Assembly: GCF_009914755.1 (NCBI RefSeq)
Contig: NC_060925.1
Strand: one strand, 5' to 3'
Length of the DNA stretch: 64,000 nucleotides
Origin: the human T2T-CHM13v2.0 reference genome, Homo sapiens
The position numbers and the translations under genes are program-made. Positions within the stretch are counted from its first letter, which is position 1. Every line of letters begins with the position of its first letter. Below, piece after piece: positions 12,664 through 30,100 of the stretch. A model generated the notes under the pieces. That model was not told the DNA's origin, made no database searches, and was given only the letters and a program-made list of their open reading frames with translations.

Positions 12664-13613
12664 TTTATAAGTTAAGTCACACTACAGAATTTAGACTTTT
12701 TTTTCCAATGGGTAGTATAAAGCAGGTGATTTGTTCAGGAAATGATGCTATCAAAATTATATTTAAAAATTTTTACTCTGGTGGCAGGATGGAGAATTAA
12801 GTGTAGAGTGGCAAGGCTGGAGGCATGGAAAAAAGACAAGGTTGTTGATCCTGCAGTTCAGGGAGAGAAGGATGGAGGCACAGACCACGATGATGTTGGT
12901 GGTGGACATGGAAAAAAACTGAATGATTCTAGGGGCTATTTACTGACCAGATTTAATAGAATTTGGTTAATGATGAGGTATGAGAAGAGCGGGTGGTGAA
13001 AAGTCAGAATGGTGGCCTTACAGATCAAAGGATAATGGTGTCATCTGCTTTTTAGCAAAAAAAAAAAAAAAAAAAAAAAAAAGGAGAAGGAGAAAAACGG
13101 TGTTGAATGACTGAATGAGAGTGTAAGGATCAGTTTAATTTGAATATGCTGTGCCAGTTTTTCCCACAAAATACTCAAACAGAAATAACTAGTAGACAGT
13201 TCGCGTTGCTGTAAAGAGATGTTGAGTTAATGCTTTAGACAGAGGAATAATCAGTTTACGGACAATAGAATCCATGAGAACAGAAGTGACCACACAATGA
13301 AAATGAATGTGCACAAAGCAGAAAAAAAGGCATTAGAGTGTTTCAGGAAGAACATGGTCAATATTCTTGTCATATACTGTGAAGACAATCATTTTAGATG
13401 TAGTGACAAAGAGGAACATGGTGACCTTGCCTGAATAGTTTCAGTGATATGACTGCAGGTGTCAGATTGAACTGGGTAGAATCATGGACATAGGACAACA
13501 ATAAAATTTAAAGCCTGCCACTAAACACAACACTTTGGAGAAATTTGTCTCTGAAGTTGTTATCATGGAAGGTTCAAAATTACAAGTGTATGGTGCACAC
13601 AGAGATATGAAGA

Positions 13614-13614
13614 G

Positions 13615-13665
<51 letters not shown>

Positions 13666-13680
13666 CACAGAGAGAGAGAG
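13614..13680. repeat. (CA)n(GA)n compound microsatellite
   Basis: Directly visible. Confidence 0.95.
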
Positions 13681-14132
13681 ATCAGCCAGTGATTCTGAAT
13701 AGAAAATGAAGTTAGGTAATGAGGAGGGATTAAAGAGTAAAGTCTCTGAGGAGGAACAAGGGCATGGTTCCTGGAATAAATGAATGTATCAGTATTAGTT
13801 AAAAATGACACATTTTCCTTGTGACAGATACTAAATGTTTGTAGGTTTGTAGATGGTTTGGAGGCCAAACCGTAAAGAAATTCTTATTTGCATGGAGGTA
13901 TTTTTTCTTTTACCTTTCTTCTTCTGTGTCATAGAAGCCAAGTTCAGTGGTGAGAGTGAGGTAAGAGATGGAAAGAGAATTTTGAGAAAATGAAGAATAT
14001 TTGAAATAGCCTCTCTTGATGATAATTACAAAGAGAACTTACAAAAGAAATATAAAAGTGTGTGGTGCTTTATATATAATGAGAAATATAAAATGATTGT
14101 TGATTGTGTTTTTGTAATATCTTAGATTGAGG

Positions 14133-14255
14133 TTTTTTTGGACACAGAGTCTTTTTCTGTTGCCCAGGCTGTTCTCAAACTCCTGGCTCAAGCAATTCTT
14201 CCACCTCAGCCTCTGGAATAGGTAGTATTATAGACATATGCCACCACAGTAGGCT
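14133..14255 (-). mobile_element. FLAM (free left Alu monomer)
   Basis: Monomer-length Alu-like reverse complement; TAATATCTTA repeated on both flanks as a likely TSD. Confidence 0.8.
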
Positions 14256-14429
14256 AATATCTTACTTTTTAAAAAATTCACAACTTAGAACTGTTGTCCT
14301 GTATACCTAGTCATACCTAGTTTGTAAAATGCAGCATGTTTGAAATTTTCTTTAAACTTTTAATAAAAATTTAAATGCATTGGTATTTATCATTATTTTT
14401 TATTTTAGAAATAAATTAATGATATTTCA

Positions 14430-14747
<318 letters not shown>

Positions 14748-14966
14748 TTAAATAATAGCATTTTAAAGCTTGAAATGATCCTAGAAGTTCAAGATCCTCA
14801 TTTTTACAGGAAAATAAACTATGTGCTTAGTGTGTTGTAAAACCAATTTAGCTGATTATGACCACTATAAATTTACATTTTAATGAAAATGAATGGAAGA
14901 ACATAAGAAACATGAGTGCATGTATACACTAAGGGTAACATTATTTTGCGAATTTTTACAACAATT

Positions 14967-15022
14967 TTACTTTGGTCAAAAAACATAAACAGCATATCTT
15001 ACTTTGGTTAAAAAAAATAAAT
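14967..15022. repeat. Imperfect tandem duplication (period 32)
   Basis: ttactttggtcaaaaaacataaa / ttactttggttaaaaaaaataaa. Confidence 0.75.
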
Positions 15023-15198
15023 AAAAAGCTTAAAACTATTGGCCAAAGGAAAGAAACTTACCCATGGTCACCTGAAAGAGAACCAGGGTCCCTGAATTTA
15101 TCACAGTTGGTTTACTTTAAATTTTAGAAAAAATATATATATTTAAATAGTCTTAAATAGGTATGTACTTAGTCAGAAAAAAAAAGTAAAGTAGAATA

Positions 15199-15561
15199 CA
15201 GAAGCTCCTTGACTTATAATAGAGTTATGTCCTGATAAACCCAGCATAAGTTGAAAATATTGTTAAATAAAAAATGCTTTTAATACAGCTAGCCTAACAA
15301 ATATCATAGTTTTAACCTAGCCAACCTTAAACATACTCATAACACTTACATTGCCTACAGTTGGGCAAAATCATCTAATACCAAGCCTGTTTTATAATAA
15401 AGTGTTAAATATCTTATGTAATTTATTGAATATTCTACTGAAAGTGAAAAATAAAATGATTGTATGGATACTGGAAGTATGGTTTCTACTGAATGGCTAT
15501 TGTTTTGTACCATCATGGTAAAAAAATAGTAAGTCAAAGCATCATAAGTTGGGGGTTCCTG
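15199..15561 (+). mobile_element. Tigger4b (MER46/Zombi-type) DNA transposon
   Basis: ta|CAGAAGCTCCTTGACTTA..TAAGTTGGGGGTTCCTG|ta: degenerate TIRs with TA TSD, 363 bp. Confidence 0.8.
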
Positions 15562-16159
15562 TACATTACATAATAGATTAGTTAGTAGACTATATACGTA
15601 TATTGTAAATCCTCCAAAATGTGTCACATTAAAACATTTAATACAGATAATATGTTATTTTCATTATATACATACATTTTTACTTCTTAAGTAAATCCTT
15701 TTTTTTTCCAAAAAGGAAAAGAAAAAAAAAGTTCTATGTTTGAATTGGAAGGTAGTTTTATTTATTTTTTAACTTATTTCTCAGGCCAAAACAAGGGCCA
15801 CCATCAGAGATTTTTTTTTCAAATGTACAGTTTTTAGAAATATTAGTGTTACTTTGTTTTAGTTCCTAATCAACATCTTAAAATTCAGATCTGTGAAGAA
15901 GATTTTCATATGTATGTAAATTCTTAATGGATTAAAATATTTTAAAAAGACTTTAAAAGTGGCTAAATGAAATATTCCTACTAAATTATAATTTACTCCT
16001 GACTGTCTTATAGAGACCATACAGACACCAGGGTTCAAATGTTTCAACATTGGGGAATATTGTGACAAAAATTCCGGAATGCCTAAACACATGAACACAA
16101 TATGCATTCTATTTTTGAAAACTATTTTCACATGATATGCTTGACTGATTGATATTTTA

Positions 16160-16405
<246 letters not shown>

Positions 16406-16526
16406 TTATAGAACTGTTTCTCAACTGTGTAAGAACTGGCAAGCACAATCCAAAGGAGCATCTGAGTAATGCTTTGAAGTCTGAAGATAACATTATATGC
16501 AAGAGTTTCTAAAAAATTTTGAATAC

Positions 16527-16567
<41 letters not shown>
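16527..16567. repeat. (TA)n microsatellite ~190 nt upstream of the exon 15 acceptor
   Basis: Directly visible, with one TG interruption. Confidence 0.95.
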
Positions 16568-16949
16568 GCTTGAGAAATGACAGTTTTGTAGAAAGTGGGA
16601 GTTTTCCAAGATCCAGCTAATGAAAAGCTTTACTCTCACAATGAATCAATGAGATACAGGATTTTAGTCTCTCTTTATATACATATCCTATCATGTATAT
16701 CTTCTAAAATTTGTTGTACAGTCTCCATAATATGGCCAACGTTATCTTACCTATGATACCTGCGTGGCTGCTGTAGGTATTTTATTTTGCTTTATACTTA
16801 AAATTACAAATTTATCTCAATTTATCTTTGATTTTATAGAAAATATACCTTTAGTTTTTGTTCATATCGTAGCAATAACTTTCTTCCAATTGTATAGCAG
16901 TCACGAAAAGACACTTTTCTTATTTTAAATGTAAGGATCTCTCCAACTA

Positions 16950-17287
16950 ACTGAATATTCTTGTAACCACAAAATTCATGTTGGAATCCTAATCCCATTA
17001 TGATGGTATTTGGGAGTGTGGCCTTTGAGAGGCAATTAGGTTATGAGAGTGGAGCCCTCAGGAATGGAATTAGTGCCTTTTAAAAAGATGCTAAAGAGCT
17101 ATCTTCCCGCCATGTGAAAATACAAGTCAGCAGTTTAAAACTCAGAAGGGGGCCCTCACCAGCACTGGATCATGTTGGCACCTAGATCTTGGATTTCCAG
17201 CCTTCAGAACTGTAAGAAATGAATTTCTGTTGTTTATAAAATGCCCAAGCTGTGGTAATTTGTAATAACAGCCTGAACTGACTAAAT
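16950..17287 (+). mobile_element. MaLR solo LTR (MSTD/MLT1A-like)
   Basis: aaaattcatgttggaatcctaatccc..ggcctttgagagg..ccagccttcagaactgtaagaaatgaatttctgttgttta..cagcctgaactgactaa. Confidence 0.75.
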
Positions 17288-17852
17288 CTCCAAAAGACAT
17301 CCCACAAAAGTATTTTTATAAAGAAGATAATTTTACCACAAAAAGTACAATGTCTTTTGTTCTGGAACGTTCTGCGCTGCCCGCCTAACTCAGTGGCTTT
17401 AGAAATATATTAAAAATTCAATTTATGAGAAATTCATAATGGATATATAAATAGGTTATTTCTCATTTTATATAATAAATTCATTTACCTTTGCTGAATA
17501 ACACTTATGAACTCTACAAAAAAGCACATTTTAGAAGCAATATGATAAATATATAAAAATCAAAATAATTTATCATAATCTCTAATCAATTCTTAATGGA
17601 TCAAAACAGATCACAAGACATTACAACCATGTTTAGGACTTTAAAGGCCATTTTAAACTGAGTATTGTCTAAAGGGTTATTAGGAAGGTAACATTTGTCA
17701 ATATTTTCAAATTGTCAATAAGCTTTAAAAAATATCTATATTTTCTAAGTATGCCTCATTGCTGCCTCATTCCTTCTTAAGTATGCTTAAAGAGTTAAGA
17801 GCCTGGGCCCTGGAGTTTGATTGTCTAATCTGAGTCCCAACTCTATAATCGT

Positions 17853-18183
<331 letters not shown>

Positions 18184-19154
18184 AAACTCTACAATCTTTT
18201 GTGAGTTATTTAACTTTTCAGTGATTCTTTATCTCTTCAGTGACAAACAGTATCAGCTTCATTGGGTTAGATAAAATGAGGTAACACAAAGAAATCACTT
18301 GGGAGATGTTGGGATCAGAGAAAACACGCAGTAAATGTAAGCTGCCAATATTACTCTGATGTTACATCTTCCTCATTGCTAAATTCCGGAGCTATTTTAA
18401 ATAAACCTAGTCGACTTACTAAACAATAATGCTTTTAAAACCTGTGCCCATTCTTCCATAATGTTAACGTATTTTTGGAAGTAGGAAAACAACAACATAA
18501 AACAGTTTTGATTTTTGATTGCATATGACTACATCTAGCTACTACTTCCTAAGAATGATTGTCTCTGGTGGAAAAAACGTTCCCTTTGGCAAACAAAAAT
18601 AAAGTTATTTTTGTTTTGTACCACATTACTATTTAGCAAGATGATACTTGGCAAAAACAGAATCTATCTGAAAGGCTGAAAATGTATGAGATGGTGCTGG
18701 TAATTCATCAGTATTTGTTTGAGATCCAAAAGCCAGCATGAGGTCAACTAATTGTCATGCAAGGGTACTAAAAGCTATTCAAGAGAATTAGAAATCTAAT
18801 TCCAGAAGCTGACAGGGGAACACAATGTGGTAACTTGGAAGGGAACAGAAATGGATGGAATCGGACTAGGACAGTTCAGATAAATTTTCTTAAATAATTT
18901 GCTTATTGCCTTGCTATTTTATGCTGGCACATTGCCCCTCAGGCAGCATCTTTTTTTAGGATGTCATTTCGTTGGAATTTTTTTTTTCTTTATGATTTCT
19001 TCAAAACCTCTAATAGTTAACCTGGAATCTCTAAATTAATCTAATTGTCAGTATACAAACTTTGTTATTTTCATCGCATGTTATTTGCTTGAGAAATGCT
19101 AGACATCAATATTACATCTAATGCTGATGTGTATATCCAGTCCCCACTCATTAG

Positions 19155-19880
19155 CTAATACACAAAATATTTATTGAGCACCTGTGAAACGTCAGGAAAG
19201 GCTTTAGATTCAAAGGTTATGGCAGTTAACAAAAAAGGTAAAAATATCTTGTCTCATAGAGCCACTAGTGGGAGAGGGCCAACAATAAACATGAAAAAGC
19301 AAATTGTGTTGTGTTTAGAGGTGATAATTGTGGGGAGAAAAATAAATCAGAAAGGGAGCTAATATTTTAGCAGGTAGAATAAAATGTAAATAGTGTGACT
19401 AGGGAAAAGATGATATTTGAGTAAAAATCTTGAAGAAGGCAAGAGAGGTCTGGGAGAAGACCATTACAGGCAGAAGTAGCTACAAGCACTTCCCTGAGAC
19501 AGTTAATGCTTGATGCGGCTAAGGAAGAGCAGGGAAGCCAGTTTAGCTGGAATTCAGGGAGGGGGAGAAAATGGGGCCACAGAGGTAACTAGCTGGGAGG
19601 AGGGATCATGTAGGACTTTATAAATAACTGTACTATGGCTTTGACCTTTCATTGGGATGACTTGGCAATCATTGGAGATTTTTGAAGACTAGTACAAAAG
19701 GTCTGATTCATATTTTATAAAATCCCTCTGGTCATTGTGTTGAAAACAGATTGAAGAAGAGACAATGACCAGTGAGGGGATTATTGCAATGATCCACCTA
19801 GATGATAATGGTTTGGATCATGTTAGATTCTGGGTATGTTCTGAAGGCAGACTTCGAGAATTTGCTAATGGAAGAGAAAA
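19155..19880 (-). mobile_element. L2a LINE 3' fragment
   Basis: aaaatatttattgagcacctgtg..gatgatatttgagtaaaaatcttgaag..gattctgggtatgttctgaaggcaga. Confidence 0.7.
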
Positions 19881-21589
19881 ATATATAACAATCTTAAATA
19901 TTCTTAGTCACAAGAAACATGGATAGATAAACAAACAAATAAATATCCATATAGATAACAGTGAAAATGCAAGTCCCAGTGCTTACAAGACATCATGGGG
20001 AAATCTTAAATACAAAATGTTAAATAAAATAATAGTCTGCAGATTCAGCTTTATAGCAAACTAAGTCCTAGAAAAAGAGAGGAGATGTCAAACAGACATA
20101 GTGTATGTGAGGTTTCACAAACATTTGGCATGTTTATTTTTTTAAATCTGGAATACTAGGTACATGGGTGTTCATAATAATATTCTTATACCTTTTGAAT
20201 GTCTGAAATATTTTCTAATAAATAAAAAATAAAATGCATCACAAAAAGGCAAAAAAACTCCTCCATGATTGGTACCAATAATTAAAGCTTTTTGTTTGTA
20301 TATTTTTCACTGCTTCCTTGCTGTGTTTCAGGGCAGCATTTGGTCTACATTACATAAGCTTCCCCTATCCCCTACTTACTAATATTTTAGGACTAATATT
20401 TTCTCTAGGCAGAAAGTAATCATTTTTCCATTTCTATGATGAATGTATTGAATTTAGCTTTTTTGAATATCCACCCAGTTACTCAATGTATTGAATAATC
20501 TATCTTTTTACTCACTAATTTAAAATAACTCCTTTATCAAACACCAAATTCCTAATTATCTGTGCCTGTATTAGAGGTACATATAATTTCTAGCCTGTTA
20601 ATTGATTCTTCTCTGTGAATTCACTAATAGCACACTATTTCAATTATTGTAACTGCACATTATTTTTAAGTATATAAGATAATCCCCTCTCATTATTATT
20701 GACCTTGAAAATTTTCCTTGCTTGTCTGATTGCTTCATTTTATCATATAAAATCAGCTTATCTATTTTAAAAAAGAATGTTGTGTTGGTATGATTGTTGG
20801 GATGGAATTAAAATAATAAATTTGGATGAAATTGACATCTTTATGTTAGCAACATATTATACCTTCATTTGAATGCTAATTACTCTTTATTTCTGCCACA
20901 ACATCTCACCCAACACCAATTGCAGCAGAATGTAGCAGTGGAACCACTGAGCCCTGTTGTTTACTTTGTTTTCTGGAGGATTTCTGGTGACTAGAACATG
21001 TTCTAAGACATAGTAGATGTTCAAAAATATTTATTTAATGAAAAATTTTATTTTCCTGGTAATCTATGAGATATATGCTTTTACCCCCATTTCACAGATA
21101 AAGAAACTGAGGTTCAATGGCTTTGATGATCTTGCCAGCATGGGTAGATCAAATAATTCAACCCAGACACACTGGCTAAAAAGCCAGCACTTTGTTCAGG
21201 AACGTCAGTTCTGAGGAGCTCCAACATTCAGTGTGAATGTTGCTGCTGTTTTATTTCCATTCTTGAGGCTACTAGGATATTAAATGCCAAGTTTTTGTAC
21301 CTTTATTGGTAATGCAGGACATTTTACATCCTATAGATCTATCTAAAAATCATTAATTTGTCTTCAGCTTACAGTTCTATCCCAATTTTCTATTTTTCTT
21401 ATATCTTACTTTTTATATCTGGGTAGACTTAATTCAAGACTGATTTTGAATGAGGGAGAAATAATTACATAAATAAATAGTACATTTCCAAACTTCTTAT
21501 AGCGGCAAATCTTTTAATTCTATCACCCAGGTGTGATTTGTACTCACCTATTTGTTTATTCCTTCCTCCATCATCAATTCTTACACCTT

Positions 21590-22170
21590 TAAAACAGTCC
21601 TAACTCACTTCCTTGTTTCCAGTGAATGCTTTCACAAATCCTTTTACAGTAATGTAGTAAGAGTAAATTTCAAAATCTCAAATTATTTCATGTCACTCTG
21701 CCATTGAAAATGCTAAAGGGCTTCCTTCTTCCATCTGATAAAGTTAAACTTTGAAAAATTGTCATTACAAAGCCCTGCTCACCTGTTCTATGACTGTCTT
21801 TCAGGTTTCATCTGTTACTTCTGTCTGCTTTCTCTTATGCACATCAGCCATTAGAAGTCTTTAATTTGTCCTGAACAAGACACTGTCTCTTATGTCTAGG
21901 ATTTTCCACAATACTTTTCTCTCTACCTCCTATGGCGTATCCATTCTTGACCCTCAGCTTAATCATTACTTCCTCAGTTTTGCTGTAGTGTACTTCTCCT
22001 TTCATAATACTGTAACATTAAATTGTGTTAATTAATTCTTAATATCTTGCTTCCCTGTGAAATAAGCTTTATGAGAAAAGGGATCATGTATTGTTTACCA
22101 CTATATCCCCAAGACATGACATCGGTTCCGACACAGAGGAAGAGCTTAATATATGTTTTGTTAAATGAAC
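21590..22170 (+). mobile_element. L2 LINE 3' fragment
   Basis: ..tcatgtcactctgcc..ataagctttatgag..ttaccactatatcccca..ttgttaaatgaa. Confidence 0.55.
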
Positions 22171-22847
22171 AAAGAATAATCTAACAATGTTCTTCATGCT
22201 CAATTACTAAATGTTCTGCTTTTCTAATTATATAATTCCTTTTGCCTTCACCAGAATAATGTTTAGGTCTAATGAATTACTTTCTCTATGATAAATGTGT
22301 CATTAGAATTAAAAAAAAAAAAACTGAGTTTCATAATCACTAATGGACATGAAGTGAATTTAATATTATATCAATTTAGTGTTGTAATTAGATAAAAATA
22401 GCAGCAATAAAAACATAAGAAATATTATGGACAAAAAGCGTAGAGTGGGAAGCTCATCGAAAATTATGAAAAACCATTTAATAAAGATTTAAGATGTGTT
22501 TACAGCAACTAAATGAACATTTAGGAGAAATAAGAGGCTTGTGTAATTACTAACTGTTAACCTTGAGGTACACTCCAACCTCTAAAATAGTATAATCTGT
22601 TATCTACTTCATACTCTTGTGAGACTGTTCTACTATATTGACTAGTCATTGAATAGTAAAGAATCCTTCCTAGCCAAGTTTATGTCCACATTTGTTTTCA
22701 AAATCATTGCTAGCTACAGCTACTTTTAATGATCTCGGATTTTAAAAAAAGTTAAAAAATAACAGAATATGGAGATGAAACATTATATTTTAAAAAACCA
22801 AATGGAGTACAGAAGAACAGTATATGTTTAATATTTGAAAGAATCCC

Positions 22848-23069
22848 GGCCAGGCACGGTGGCTCACGCCTGTAATCCCAACACTTTGGGAGGCTGAGGA
22901 GGGTGGATCTCATGATGTCGGGGGTTTGAGACCAGCCTGACCAACATGGAGAAACCCTGTCTCTACGAAAAATACAAAACAAAACAAAACAAAAAAAATG
23001 CCTGGGCGTGGTGGTGCATGCCTGTAATCCCAGCTACTCCAGCCTGGGCAACAAAGGAAAGAAGAGAAA
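22848..23069 (+). mobile_element. AluS SINE with right-arm deletion
   Basis: GGCCAGGCACGGTGGCTCACG start; right arm jumps from cagctactc to cagcctggg; TSD GAAAGAATCCC at 22837-22847 / 23070-23080. Confidence 0.92.
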
Positions 23070-23778
23070 GAAAGAATCCCCTAGATCTCTAGTCTCTCTG
23101 AATAAAGGGGCATGCTGTAGAGTTCATGCACCCAACAGCCAATACCAGTCAAGAGAGCCTTAGAAAATTTTTGATGAGACATCTTGGAAGGAAAAGAAGC
23201 TTGTGTTTATTATCCTTGACATTTTTATGCCCTCAACAAATGTCTTAATGGAAAAAAATTAAAAGGAAAGGATATTGGAAGACAAGTTGATTGCTTGGGA
23301 AAAAGGAAAAAAGCAGTCTAGTGAAGTAAATAAATTACAAATTCCGTGACTTTGTAGCCTTCAGCCATACAATTTCAGATCTCCCATTCCTATCATTTAA
23401 TAATATTTTAGGCAGATCCCATTTCTTTAAAATCACATTGGAGCTCCATTTAAATCCAACCCAGGCCTATCAAATTTGAAGCTCCAATCTTACCAGCTCA
23501 GGCTTGTTCTCCCTGGGCTGTCGCTGCTCTGCAGGCTAATTCTAACTGCCATCATTGTTTTCTATGAAGATGGTAACCACATGATGCCTATCTTATAGAG
23601 ACATGAAAATGTTTTTCGGGGAGTGAGAGGTGGGCCTCTGTATGACATCACTGGTAAGCAAGAAACTGCATTCCACTCTTCCTTATTTCCTAGCGGTACA
23701 CCCTATAGACTCTAGCTTCTTCAGCTGCCTCACTTTGTGGAGTAGATGGGGTACTAGAAAGATAGGTCAAACCTTTTT

Positions 23779-27160
<3,382 letters not shown>

Positions 27161-30100
27161 CTTTTTAAACTATCGGTTGTGCTTCAGGAAACTCACGCGC
27201 AAGAGTATGGGCTGCTCCACAGCAGTCTCTACTCCCTTACTTGTCATCTCCCTGACTTGCCATCTCCTTCTCTTTTTCCCCTCATGGTCAAATAATCTCA
27301 GGAAACTACATAAGCAGATGTCTAACTGGCAAATGAGATATTAGTTCCTACTGCAGGCAGACATCCTATTTTCCATGAGTAATAAGTAATTTTTTTGGAC
27401 CTCATCTCACTGGGCTGGGGGTGGATGCATAACCACTGTGCTCCTCTATCTGTCACCCTCTCCGATCATCTCTTTTTATAGAAGGGTAAGAAGATTAGCA
27501 AATAAAATACTTGAATCATTTTTGTCCTCAGTTTTGGATTATAATCACCAAACCTGGGGCAACATGAAGGTTCCTCTCAGCATAGTAACTATTGGTTAGA
27601 AAAAAACAAACCGCAAAAAAGCTGTTTGTTCCCTTCTGTTTATTGTTTCCAAGGTAAAGATATTATCTGTTCCATTAACTTTTGGATTGTGTGTAAATCA
27701 ATTTGTACAATTTTTTAAAACACGAGTTGCATATTTCTCACTTAACAATGATTGCATTTTCAAGGCAAATGGGTATTTATTGGCAGAAAGAATTAACTCA
27801 CATATTAGTCTACTATACTTCAAAATAATCAACCAAGTGGAATAAGGGCTGTTAGCTAATAAGTAGTTGGATCTGTTTTTTGCGGAAATGTATTTCAATA
27901 CAGACCTCTGAATGCAGTAAAAGAACCTTATATAGTTTTGTTTTTAAGAGTTTCCCCACATCAGTTTTTCCAAAGGGAGAAATAAAGGATTTAATTGGAA
28001 TTTCCTGTCCTAGATACAATATTTTGAAGTCTTAATATGTTGCATACTCTGTTCTTATTTCAGGATATGCTGTACTACCCTGTTCAGTAAAGTAGTCCCA
28101 CTTTAATAAAATAGCACAAAATCTTATTATACTGATGACTTCCTACGTTTTTATGAACCTGTATGTTTTTGTGAAATTCATATTAATAGATGTTAGAAAG
28201 TAGAATTTATTTTTTTTAATTTTCATATTTTCTTTATGTATATAAGAATGCCATCACACTAGAGGTAAACTAAAGAAAAGCCTTGGTGTTATGAAGCACT
28301 GCCTTTAAAATTGTAAAATATAATCATTAGTGGGAGTCTACCTCTTTCACAGCATTGTTTTAAGCACCTCTACACTGTAATCCTTGGATTTAGTTTGCTA
28401 GTACATTTTGTTCTCTTTGATCCTAAATAATGTAGCTAAACAGATGATAAATAATTTACTTCAGATTCACCAAAATTGACACAGATTTTCATATTAGTTA
28501 CTTTTATATATTTATATTTATTATCAAACTAAGTTATCTTTGCATCAATGGGAATAAAGAGCACCTTGTCACAAGATAACTTTAATATATAATTCATTCT
28601 CCACCATGTAGTAAAAGTGTTTACATATATATAACTACAGAAATTTTTGCATATACGTAACTGTAGAAATATTTTGACATTTTTGGGAAAGAATTTCATT
28701 CCAGTTTGTACTTAAATAAGATTAATGAGTTAAATATAAATTTCTTTATTGATATTCTATTTTGAAGAAGATAAGAAAATGTATTAATTCACTATATTGA
28801 TTGCAAGGAGATTTTAAAGGTCTAAAATAAGTCACCAAAGGGTTTAAATCTAATTAAAATTAATGCACTTTATTTAATTCCATAATCTATGGAAATAATG
28901 TCCATTTGGTTGCAATCAGTTTGTTGTTTGTATACTTCCCAGGGTGTTTTTTTGCACTCATGAATTACATTATTTCACAATTATTGCAAACTTTATTTAA
29001 AAATTAAAATATTTAAATGGTATTACAATTTTGCTTTTACTATCAATGTTAGGAATCCACAGTTTAGCCACTGTAGGTCAAATAAATAATTCTGACAAAT
29101 CGTAGCCAGTTTCATTGGAAAGGTAAATATAATTTACGGTACGGGGGTATGTGGGGTACACAGAAGCTTCCAAAACAGATGAGTTTACAAAATAAACAGC
29201 TAACACATAACTATGTATTATATGAACATTTATTCTTGTAAGTCTGCAGATAGAACTGACTGTACGGATGCAGAATATCTAGAAAGAAAAGTACTTGAGA
29301 ACTCCAGATAGAAGTAATAAAAAAAAAAAGACACCTTGGTCTACTAGGAAGATGCTTATGAATTCCAATTCTTGAACAGCAGAACTGCCCCAACATTGTA
29401 GGTCACCAAGCATCAAATTAGAAATCTGAGTTCTAAGATTAAAAGTTGCAGACACAATATAAAGCATGGTAATCAATTTTCTACCACCAGGTGGAACCGG
29501 AAAGCTGTTTGCCATTTTCAGGATAAGAAAAATGGCCATCAAAAGTGGAGAGAATAGGAAAATGCTAAATAGTTTTCAAGCATTATTGACAGTGATCATA
29601 AACAATGAACACCATTTTGAAAGGCATCTACTTCAATGAGAAATAAAAAAAGGTGCCAAAGTTAGATTTTAAAAGTTGATTGTACATGAAAGTAGCTTAA
29701 ATTCACTGCCCTTAACGTTGGTTTCTCCTTCAATAACTCTCAACGGGTTTTTTGAAGTGTTCATTTAATTCCTGTTACCACCACACACAAAAAATACCCT
29801 AAAATTGTGTTAAGACTTTTCATCTACTTTTTAAACTGTCAGGTGAAAAAATAAATTCACTTGTAATACTGGAGCTGCATTCTCAGCTCTTTAACTCCAT
29901 TATTAAATAAGTTATATCTCACTGATTTTCAACTGTTCTACTTCAGCATTAATAAAATTTTATAGCTACATTGTACTTTCCCCTCTCTCACACAGATCAC
30001 AGCCTGCTTGCTTAGTGAATACCATATGCTTCGCTTCTATTCAAGTGCTTCATGCCATTGTGCATTTATATTACATTGCTATATCTGTACCTTTAGTTTA

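Noticed and set aside
13057-13082. Isolated poly-A run as a processed-pseudogene tail
   Set aside because: Upstream sequence looks like L2, with no AATAAA, ORF or TSD; likely a slippage expansion.
21541-21549. Consensus donor TAG|gtgagta on the minus strand
   Set aside because: No convincing paired acceptor at exon distance was identified, and it is adjacent to L2-derived sequence.
29100-29780. Non-repeat-looking stretch with several CpGs and an ETS-like ACCGGAAA
   Set aside because: No coherent ORF, splice pair or structure; it cannot be distinguished by eye from an ancient repeat or neutral DNA.
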